Shown here: positions 8,177-14,438 of the stretch, one piece after another
How positions within the stretch are numbered: position 1 is the first letter of the stretch
Layout: each line of letters starts with the position of its first letter
Source: Streptomyces cinnabarinus
Lineage (GTDB): Bacteria > Actinomycetota > Actinomycetes > Streptomycetales > Streptomycetaceae
DNA: 24,000 bases
Assembly (NCBI RefSeq): GCF_027270315.1
Contig: NZ_CP114413.1
Span: forward strand, 96,114-120,113
Reading direction: 5' to 3'
The notes under the pieces: generated by a model
The model's database searches: none
Told to the model about the DNA's origin: nothing
The model's input: the letters and a program-made list of their open reading frames with translations, nothing else
Program-made: the position numbers and the translations under genes

Positions 8177-8605
8177 ATGTCACCGCGCTGGAATCCAAAT
8201 CCCGATGTACGCACCGGCCGTCACGTCGTCTACAACCTTCATGTCCACTTGGTATTCGTCACCAAGTACCGGCGCGGGGCCATGACAGGCGAGATGCTGA
8301 CGCGCTGCGAAGAGATCATGCGAGAGGTCTGCGAGGACTTCGAGGCTGAACTGAAGCAGTTCAACGGCGAAGAGGACCACGTCCACCTGCTCGTGCACTA
8401 CCCGCCCAAAGTCCAGCTCTCCAAGCTGGTCAACTCCCTCAAGGGCGTCTCCTCCCGCTACCTGCGCAAGGAGTACGACGCTCACGTCCGCCGCTACCTG
8501 TGGGGCGGCCACTTCTGGTCCGGCTCCTACTTCGCCGGAAGCTGTGGCGGGGCGCCACTGACCGTCGTTCGCCAGTACATCGAGAACCAGCAACGCCCCG
8601 TGTGA
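8177..8605 (+). CDS. tnpA: IS200/IS605-family Y1 (HUH) transposase TnpA
   Basis: 142 aa from ATG 8177, within track ORF 8084..8605. YNLHVHLVFVTKYRR, HUH motif DHVHLLVHYPP, WSGSYFAGSCGGAPLTVVRQYIENQ (C-terminal Tyr helix). Confidence 0.92.
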   Translation: MSPRWNPNPDVRTGRHVVYNLHVHLVFVTKYRRGAMTGEMLTRCEEIMREVCEDFEAELKQFNGEEDHVHLLVHYPPKVQLSKLVNSLKGVSSRYLRKEYDAHVRRYLWGGHFWSGSYFAGSCGGAPLTVVRQYIENQQRPV

Positions 8606-8614
8606 CGGCCGTCG

Positions 8615-8649
8615 TGGGCGCCGGTCAACAGCGCGGATCCGCGCCCACA
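8615..8649 (-). repeat. subterminal hairpin or palindrome at the IS200/IS605 left end
   Basis: GTGGGCGC (8615-8622) pairs with GCGCCCAC (8642-8649). A nested 14-nt perfect palindrome GCGCGGATCCGCGC (8632-8645) offers an alternative fold. It lies 10 nt beyond the tnpA stop. Confidence 0.6.
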
Positions 8650-8683
8650 ACCGAGGCCAGAGCAGTTCTGAGATGCGCATCAC

Positions 8684-8706
8684 CTCCGCCCTGAAGGACT
8701 CTGCTG
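8684..8706. repeat. terminal inverted repeat of the IS1182-family element (low-coordinate end)
   Basis: CTCCGCCCTGAAGGACTCTGCTG, matching the reverse complement of 10459..10481 except for 2 central positions. Confidence 0.75.
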
Positions 8707-8727
8707 AGAATTCCGCGAATTGGGCTG

Positions 8728-10383
8728 TCAGGCCGCGAGTATGAGGGCTTCGAGGTGGGAGGTGCGGGTGCCGCCGAGTGGGGTGCCGGTCAGCCATCGG
8801 TCGATGCGGATGATGTTGATCGCGGTGGCGGCGAAGACGTGGCCGAGCCGGGTTGTGGGCAGGTTGCGGTAGCGGGTGCGGCGGAGGCCGGTGACGCGGA
8901 CGGCCTGGGAGATCGTGCCTTCGACCCCGGCCCGGATTGCGTAACGGTCCTTCCACTCATCGCTCTCCTGGGCCTGACGGACGGCTTCGAGGGCCTCGTG
9001 CCGTTCTCGTGGCAGGAAGGTGATGCCCCGGCCCCGGCGGCCGGACGGGGGCTTGGTGCACGATGTCTGCTTCGGGCAGGGGCGGCAGTGCTCGGCGGAG
9101 AAGAACACCTTGATCACCGGAGTGCCGTTGCGGTGGTGTTTCTGTTCCCACCACTCGAAACTTCGGTGCCCGGCTGGACAGACGGCGCTCTCGTCATCCC
9201 AGTCGATGGTGAAGCCGGCGCGGGAGAAGCCCTGATCTTCCCGGGACTGGCGGCTGCTGTCGTGCGGGGCCGGGCCGAGCAGCTCCATGCCCCGGCCGGT
9301 CGCGGCCAGGAACAAGGCGGCAGTGGTGTAGCCGGCATCCACGACATGCACGTCTGGCAGCAACTCCCGTTCTGCGAGCGCCTGGTGGACCGGTTCGGTC
9401 ATCTCGGTGTCGGCCACCACGGCGTCGGTCGTGGCCACCTGCGTGATCACATGCGGCGCGTCCGGCTCGCAGGTCTCGGTCAGATGCGCCTTGTAGCCGG
9501 TCCAGCCCGAGCCGCGCTTGATCCCGTAACGGGCATCGGTGTCATAGGGCGAGCACAACCGGTGATGAACTGGCGGGAGATCCTTTCCCTCCCGCCAGTG
9601 CACCCCCTTCTCGTCGCGGTGGTACTGCTGGATCCAGGAGACCCGCAGGACCTGCACCGCCTCGATCTCGCGCAGCCAGTCGGGAGCCGTGGGGGCGTAA
9701 ACCGCCTCCAGCAGGACGAATCCGTCCCGGCCGACCTGCTCAGACCACTGTTCACGGACCTCTTCGCCCTTGGGGAAGCGGTAGTCGTCCACGCGCGGCC
9801 CGTAGCGCTCGGCCCACTCGGCCGTGACCAGGCCGGACAGCCATGCCGGGGCCGCGACCGCCAGCGCCTCCAGTGCGGCTCGCAGCGTCTCGCCGACGAA
9901 CTCCATCCTGTTCAGCGTCCGCACCGCCGCGAGCACATGCGTGGAATCGGTCCGCTGCCGACCACCCGCCTTCAGCAGGTCCAGCCCGCGCAGGCGTTCC
10001 AGCACCAGCTGCAGTGTCGTCTGTTCCAGTCCGTGCTCAATGAGACGGGAACGGAACAGGCTCAGCACGGAGGCATCGAACCCGGGATCATCCAACTCCA
10101 GGCCGAGGAGGAACTTCCAGTCCATCCGGGCCCGCACCTGGTCAGCGGCCTGCCGGTCGGTCAGCCCCTCCGCGTACTGCAACACCGACACCAAGGCCAA
10201 CGCCCCTGGCGAGACAGCCGGTCGTCCCCGGACGGCGAATGCCCCGGCGAACACCTCGTCCTCAAACAGCGAGCCCAACGCCTCCCGGATCCGCACCGCG
10301 AGCGTCCCCCTCGGGAACGCAGCCCGCACCACCCGGGCTGTCAGCTCCGGCACCCCCTGATCAGCCCGTGGCTCCAGCGACAT
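8728..10383 (-). CDS. IS1182-family DDE transposase
   Basis: N-terminal DUF772-like segment (LVSVLQYAEGLTDRQAADQVRARMDWKFLLGLELDDPGFDASVLSLFRSRL). C-terminal DDE_Tnp_1_6-like segment (RAGVEGTISQAVRVTGLRRTRYRNLPTTRLGHVFAATAINIIRI). A length of about 550 aa fits IS1182 rather than IS5. Start taken at ATG 10383, after GGGAGG...GAGGGGG; the track start at 10413 is a TTG. Confidence 0.88.
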   Translation of the reverse strand: MSLEPRADQGVPELTARVVRAAFPRGTLAVRIREALGSLFEDEVFAGAFAVRGRPAVSPGALALVSVLQYAEGLTDRQAADQVRARMDWKFLLGLELDDPGFDASVLSLFRSRLIEHGLEQTTLQLVLERLRGLDLLKAGGRQRTDSTHVLAAVRTLNRMEFVGETLRAALEALAVAAPAWLSGLVTAEWAERYGPRVDDYRFPKGEEVREQWSEQVGRDGFVLLEAVYAPTAPDWLREIEAVQVLRVSWIQQYHRDEKGVHWREGKDLPPVHHRLCSPYDTDARYGIKRGSGWTGYKAHLTETCEPDAPHVITQVATTDAVVADTEMTEPVHQALAERELLPDVHVVDAGYTTAALFLAATGRGMELLGPAPHDSSRQSREDQGFSRAGFTIDWDDESAVCPAGHRSFEWWEQKHHRNGTPVIKVFFSAEHCRPCPKQTSCTKPPSGRRGRGITFLPRERHEALEAVRQAQESDEWKDRYAIRAGVEGTISQAVRVTGLRRTRYRNLPTTRLGHVFAATAINIIRIDRWLTGTPLGGTRTSHLEALILAA

Positions 10384-10458
10384 CCCCCTCAGCCCTCCCG
10401 CCCACGACAACAACCATGGGGGACCAACGACCCGGCCCTGCTCGAATCACGCATTCCA

Positions 10459-10481
10459 CAGCAGAGTCCTAAAGGGCGGAG
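10459..10481. repeat. terminal inverted repeat of the IS1182-family element (high-coordinate end)
   Basis: CAGCAGAGTCCTAAAGGGCGGAG, the reverse-complement partner of 8684..8706. Confidence 0.75.
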
Positions 10482-10493
10482 CACTGCCCAAGA

Positions 10494-10829
10494 TCAAAGG
10501 TAGGAGCGGGCGACGAGTTTGACGATCGTCGACTTGCCCGCGCCGGTCGTGCCGACAAGGGCCACCGTGTGTCCGGCAGGAATGCGCAGGGTCACCTCGT
10601 GGAGCACCTCGCGGTCGCCGTCGCGGTAGTCGAAGGACACCCGGTCGAACTCGATCTCCCCGCGCAGCTCCCCGACCGGCAGGGGTCGTGCCGCGATGGG
10701 CGTGCCGAGCGGTTCGCGCATCAGGGTGCGCAGCCTGCCGAGTCCCACGACCGCCTGCTGGTAGCCGTCGAACGCCTGGGACAGCTGCTGGATGGGCGAG
10801 AAGAACAGCTCGACGTAGACGGACCCTGC
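10494..10829 (-). pseudogene. ABC exporter fragment (end of the TMD plus the Walker A start of the NBD), truncated at both ends
   Basis: VYVELFFSPIQQLSQAFDGYQQAVVGLGRLRTLM...GEIEFDRVSFDYRDGDREVLHEVTLRIPAGHTVALVGTTGAGKSTIVKLVARSY is the TM6-to-Walker-A region of an MsbA/MdlB-type exporter. No upstream TMD is present, because the MBL gene stop lies at 10840. A stop follows immediately after ARSYL, 12 nt from the IS1182 end. Confidence 0.8.
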
Positions 10830-10839
10830 CCCTGGGTGT

Positions 10840-11433
10840 TCATCGGGGCGCCGTGTCGTCCGCCGTGAACTCGGCACCGTGGCCGGGAACGATCAGGTCG
10901 GCGGCGGCGAGTACCCGCAGCCGGGAGGCGCGCAGCACATCGCGGTCCGGGGCCACCGGGTCCTCTGCCGGACCGTCCGGGCGCCACCACAGATCGCCCA
11001 CGAACGCCACCACTCCGGCGTCCGTGCCCGCCAGCAGCGTGATGTCCTCGGGGCTGTGTCCCGGCGTGCGGATCAGCCGCAACGAGGGGGTGAGCTCGTA
11101 GCCCTCGGCGTCCCGGTCGGTCCACTGGTCGGCCTCGTAGATCGCCTTGTGGTCGTGGACCCGGGCCCGTCCGAACAGGCCCACGTTCATGGTGTTGTCG
11201 GGGTGGTGGTGGCTGAGCACGACGTCGGTGATGTCGTCGGGGCCCAGCCCCAGTCGGGCGAGCGGGCCCAGGATGCGGTCACGGCTCGCCACCATGCCGG
11301 GATCGATGATCACATGCCGGCCCGCATCACCCACGTAGGAAACGGTGGCGGCCACTCCGGGGCCGGTGGAGAGGGTGTAACCGACGGTCAAGACCTGGTA
11401 CTTGGCGCTGCGGCCGAGCTGCGTGTCTGTCAT
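10840..11433 (-). CDS. MBL-fold metallo-hydrolase
   Basis: 197 aa from ATG 11433, the distal part of track ORF 10840..12588. HxHxDH-like motif VVLSHHHPDN, later TPGHSPED and VPGHG. The 385-aa N-terminal extension in the track ORF is antisense to the AraC-family gene. Confidence 0.85.
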   Translation of the reverse strand: MTDTQLGRSAKYQVLTVGYTLSTGPGVAATVSYVGDAGRHVIIDPGMVASRDRILGPLARLGLGPDDITDVVLSHHHPDNTMNVGLFGRARVHDHKAIYEADQWTDRDAEGYELTPSLRLIRTPGHSPEDITLLAGTDAGVVAFVGDLWWRPDGPAEDPVAPDRDVLRASRLRVLAAADLIVPGHGAEFTADDTAPR

Positions 11434-11468
11434 GCCCTCATCCTTGCGAGCTGGGAGAACGCACACGA

Positions 11469-11484
11469 GTGGCACGGATGCCAC
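11469..11484. promoter_or_regulatory. palindrome GTGGCA-N4-TGCCAC in the MBL/GlxA divergent intergenic region (candidate operator)
   Basis: Perfect 6-bp arms. A third TGCCAC copy lies at 11500-11505, overlapping the regulator's ATG. No known consensus is assigned. Confidence 0.25.
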
Positions 11485-11496
11485 TGATCGCAGGAA

Positions 11497-12483
11497 ATGT
11501 GCCACACTCCGCGTGTGCCTCCCTTCACGACCGTGGCCGCCTACGCCCCACCGGGAGTCGGCATGCTCGCCGTCGGCATCGTCGCCGAGGTGTTCGCCCC
11601 GCACGGCGAGGCGGCACCCGGCTTCGACTTCGCCCTGTGCGGCGACCGCCCGGGTACCGTCCCCACCGACGTGGGCGTGCCGCTCACCATCACGCACGGA
11701 CTGGACCGGCTGGCCTGCGCCGACCTCGTACTCGTCCTGCCGGGAGCCGCCTTCCGCACGCCACCGACCCCAGCCGTCCTCGACTCCCTCAGGGCCGCGC
11801 ACCAGCGGGGCGCGCTGATCGCAGCGCACTGTGTCGGCGCCTTCACCCTCGCCGCCGCCGGCCTCCTCGACGGCCTGCGGGCCACGACTCACTGGCGGTT
11901 CGCGGACCTCCTGGCCCGCGCCTATCCGGACGTCACCGTCCAGCCGGACGCGCTCTACCTCGACCAGGGCAGGATCTGCACGGGCGCAGGGGCCGCCGCG
12001 GGCTTCGACCTCTGCATGCACCTGTTGCGCCGCGAACACGGGGCCGCCATGGCCAACCACATCGCCCGTGACATGGTGTTGCCCTCGCACCGCGACGGAG
12101 GGCAGACCCAGTACCTCGCCGCCCCGGCCCCGGAGGACGGTCAGGACGAGCGCCTCGCCGAGGTTCTCACCTGGGCCCGCGAGCACCTCCACGAGCCGCT
12201 GCCCGTCGCGGAACTGGCCCGGCGTGCGGTGATGAGCAAACGGTCCTTCGCCCGCCGCTTCACCGCGGCCACCGGCACCACGCCGCACGCCTGGCTGCGG
12301 GAGCTGCGGCTGAGCCGCGCCGAGGAACTGCTGGAGACAACCGACCTCCCCGTCGAAGAAGTCGCCCGCCACGTCGGATACGGCAGCGCCTCGGTACTGC
12401 GAGAGCAATTCGTACGCCGCCGCGGAGTACCACCACGCTCCTACCGCCGCGCCTTCACCCGCACCCCCCGGCCGGCAGGCTGA
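11497..12483 (+). CDS. GlxA-family transcriptional regulator (DJ-1/PfpI-like domain plus AraC-type HTH)
   Basis: The N-terminal half has a GATase1/DJ-1 pattern (ADLVLVLPG..., IAAHCVGAFTLAAAGLLDG, ATTHW). The C-terminal half has an AraC HTH (VAELARRAVMSKRSFARRFTAATGTTPHAWLRELRLSRAEELLETTDLPVEEVARHVGYGSASVLREQF). An alternative start is GTG 11515. Confidence 0.88.
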   Translation: MCHTPRVPPFTTVAAYAPPGVGMLAVGIVAEVFAPHGEAAPGFDFALCGDRPGTVPTDVGVPLTITHGLDRLACADLVLVLPGAAFRTPPTPAVLDSLRAAHQRGALIAAHCVGAFTLAAAGLLDGLRATTHWRFADLLARAYPDVTVQPDALYLDQGRICTGAGAAAGFDLCMHLLRREHGAAMANHIARDMVLPSHRDGGQTQYLAAPAPEDGQDERLAEVLTWAREHLHEPLPVAELARRAVMSKRSFARRFTAATGTTPHAWLRELRLSRAEELLETTDLPVEEVARHVGYGSASVLREQFVRRRGVPPRSYRRAFTRTPRPAG

Positions 12484-12666
12484 ACCAGCCACGAAACGCA
12501 GGCGAACGGCCGGGCTCACCCCCCGAAAACGGAAGAACGCTTCCCTCTTCCGTTGTGTACGCGGGAAGCGAACTCCCGTACGCATCAACGGCCTTCTTCG
12601 GCCATGGCCCGTGGGCTATCGTTCCGGCCGTGGGCGGCGGGGCGCCCCGGAGGGGGAGTTGTGGCA

Positions 12667-13863
12667 GTGAACAGCGAGGGGTCGCGGCTGGTCGCGACCG
12701 AGGGCAGCCATCGAGTGACACCGGCCGAGCTCTTCTTCGACCTGGTGTTCGTGTATGCGATCACTCAGGTCACAGCGCTGATGGCGGCCGACCCGAGCGG
12801 TCTGCGACTGCTCGGCGGGATGGTCGCGCTGGCGCTGCTGTGGTGGTGCTGGTGCTGTTTCGCGTGGCTGGGAAACGTCGTACGGGCCGACTCCGGCACG
12901 ATGTTCACCGTGCTGGTCTCCGTCATGGCCGTCGTCCTGATCGTGTCGCTGACCGTGCCCGAGATCTACGACGACGCGCCAGGCGGACTGCCCGCCCCAT
13001 TGGTCTTCGTGCTGTGCTACGGCGCCGTGCGCGTCCTTCACCTGGTCACGTACTGGCTCTCCGATCCCGCTGACCAGGCGCTTCAGCGCGTCGTGCGCCG
13101 CACCGCCCTGCTCTCGGTGGCCCCGCCCTTCGCCCTGCTCCTCATAGGTGCGGCGTTCACCGGCAGGACCCAGATCCTGATCTGGCTCGCCGCCGTGGTC
13201 ATCGACTACCTGGGCATCTTTGTCACCGGAAAGTCGGGCTGGCGGGTCGCCTCACCCGGCCATTTCGCCGAACGCCACGGCCTGATCGTCATCATCGCGC
13301 TCGGCGAGTCGATCGTCGCGATAGGTGTCGGCGTCTCCGGCTTCGCCCTGAGCACCCCCGTCGTAGCGGGTGCCGCCCTGGGTCTGCTCATATCCGCAGG
13401 GCTGTGGCGTCTGTACTTCCGTCAGCTCGCCGAGCCGGTCGAGCACCGGCTGACCACCGCGACCGGCGACGACCGCACCCGGCTGGCCCGTGACGCGTAC
13501 ACGTTCCTGCATCTCCCCCTCGTGGCCGGAATCGTCATCACCGCCCTGGGCATGAAGAAGTCCCTCACCCAGATCGCCGACACCGGCCACTACGACCTGG
13601 CCGAACCCCTCCACGGTGTCGTTGCCTGGGCCCTGCCCGGCGGCGTCGGCGTGTTCCTCCTCGCCTCGGCCGCCTTGCTCTTCCGCACCACGAGCCACCG
13701 CTCCCCAGCCCTCCTCGTCGGCGGAGCCGTCTGCGTCGTCGCCGGGCCCGCAGTCGCCCTCATCCCCTCGCTCGTCTCCCTGACCCTCCTGGCCGCCCTC
13801 GTGACCGCCCTGGTCCTCGTCCAGGACACCACCGCCCGGCCCCATGTGACCGCCGCCAGCTGA
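12667..13863 (+). CDS. low temperature requirement protein A (LtrA) family integral membrane protein
   Basis: Signature N-terminal ELFFDLVFVYAITQVT followed by about 10 hydrophobic helices. Start chosen at GTG 12667, 8 nt after GGGGGAG (12652-12658). Alternatives are ATG 12604 and TTG 12553. Confidence 0.8.
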   Translation: MNSEGSRLVATEGSHRVTPAELFFDLVFVYAITQVTALMAADPSGLRLLGGMVALALLWWCWCCFAWLGNVVRADSGTMFTVLVSVMAVVLIVSLTVPEIYDDAPGGLPAPLVFVLCYGAVRVLHLVTYWLSDPADQALQRVVRRTALLSVAPPFALLLIGAAFTGRTQILIWLAAVVIDYLGIFVTGKSGWRVASPGHFAERHGLIVIIALGESIVAIGVGVSGFALSTPVVAGAALGLLISAGLWRLYFRQLAEPVEHRLTTATGDDRTRLARDAYTFLHLPLVAGIVITALGMKKSLTQIADTGHYDLAEPLHGVVAWALPGGVGVFLLASAALLFRTTSHRSPALLVGGAVCVVAGPAVALIPSLVSLTLLAALVTALVLVQDTTARPHVTAAS

Positions 13864-13889
13864 GCCCCGAGAACTCCGGCACACGCGAA

Positions 13890-13919
13890 AGGGGCCCGGC
13901 TGATTGATGCCGGGCCCCT
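13890..13919. terminator. hairpin between convergent ltrA and csp (probable terminator)
   Basis: Perfect 11-bp stem AGGGGCCCGGC / GCCGGGCCCCT with an 8-nt loop. On the minus strand it is followed by TTTCG, 27 nt after the csp stop. Confidence 0.7.
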
Positions 13920-13946
13920 CACGATGCGGTGAGCGCTTCTTGCAGG

Positions 13947-14150
13947 TCAGCCGCGGACGATGTTCTCGGCCTGCGGACCCTTCTGGCCCTGGGTCACGTC
14001 AAAGGTGACCGTCTCGCCCTCGACCAGCTCCCGGTACCCATTGCCGGTGATGTTGGAGTAGTGAGCGAAGACATCCGGGCCGCCGCCGTCCTGGGCGATG
14101 AATCCGAAGCCCTTCTCGGCGTTGAACCACTTCACGGTGCCGCTGGCCAT
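13947..14150 (-). CDS. cold-shock protein (CspA family, CSD)
   Basis: 67 aa: [34 protein letters not shown]... with the RNP1 (KGFGFI) and RNP2 (VFAHY) motifs. The track ORF 13947..14219 carries an unsupported 23-aa N-terminal extension. Confidence 0.95.
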   Translation of the reverse strand: MASGTVKWFNAEKGFGFIAQDGGGPDVFAHYSNITGNGYRELVEGETVTFDVTQGQKGPQAENIVRG

Positions 14151-14342
14151 ACCGCAATCCTTCAGTTCGTGCCGGGTGTACCGGCAGGAGTACCTGGCGG
14201 GACTCGCCCGCCTGGGCAAGACGCCCGCGTCCGTTCTACCCCGCCCGGGGCCCAGTCATTCGATCATCCGTGCACGCGTCGGCGCTAGGTGTCGGTGACG
14301 GAAGTGGCGACCATCATCACCAGCAGGCATCCCTGCACCCGC

Positions 14343-14351
14343 TGATAAAAT
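14343..14351 (+). promoter_or_regulatory. extended -10-like element TGATAAAAT upstream of the DEAD-box helicase gene
   Basis: This is the only AT-rich patch in the csp/helicase divergent region. TGn plus TAAAAT lies 88 nt upstream of TTG 14439. Its complement (TATTTT) could serve the csp gene. No convincing -35 was found. Confidence 0.35.
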
Positions 14352-14373
14352 AGGGCCACGCTTCGACCTCGCC

Positions 14374-14401
14374 GGGGCCCGTACCAAGGGGTACGGGCCC
14401 C
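14374..14401 (+). promoter_or_regulatory. perfect 12-bp GC-rich stem-loop in the presumed helicase 5' leader
   Basis: GGGGCCCGTACC-AAGG-GGTACGGGCCCC. It ends 37 nt before the TTG start and 24 nt before the AGGAAGG SD. Confidence 0.45.
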
Positions 14402-14438
14402 GGATCGTTCCCGGGGCGACTGATCAGGAAGGTTCCCC

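Larger units (their letters stand above)
6793..8683 (-). mobile_element. IS200/IS605-family insertion sequence with divergent tnpA and tnpB
   Basis: Contains tnpB (6831..8153, minus) and tnpA (8177..8605, plus). A subterminal hairpin lies beyond each gene's 3' end. The right end is proposed at 6793 (hairpin plus a 10-nt linker ending in TCAA on the minus strand). The left-end boundary is uncertain, because the IS1182 element abuts at 8684 and may interrupt it. Confidence 0.8.
8684..10481 (-). mobile_element. IS1182-family insertion sequence (about 1.8 kb)
   Basis: A single long transposase ORF bounded by imperfect terminal inverted repeats. CTCCGCCCTgaAGGACTCTGCTG (8684-8706) matches the reverse complement of 10459-10481 at 21 of 23 positions, with weaker similarity further inward. 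CAC flanks both ends. Confidence 0.8.

Noticed and set aside
6798-8285. 495-aa plus-strand ORF
   Set aside because: It is antisense to tnpB, which has unmistakable RuvC and Zn-ribbon motifs. Its own translation has no recognisable motifs.
10493-10497. TTGAT (minus strand) next to the IS1182 end, as the ISDra2-type target marking the true IS605 left terminus
   Set aside because: It is a 5-nt motif that could occur by chance. It would put the left-end hairpin unusually far (about 50 nt) from the terminus. I kept it only as a comment inside the junction finding.
8755-10503. 582-aa plus-strand ORF
   Set aside because: It is antisense to the IS1182-family transposase and gives a low-complexity translation.
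11434-12588. 385-aa N-terminal extension of track ORF 10840..12588 (minus strand)
   Set aside because: It is antisense to the GlxA/AraC regulator. MBL homology starts at the Met at 11433, which has its own SD.
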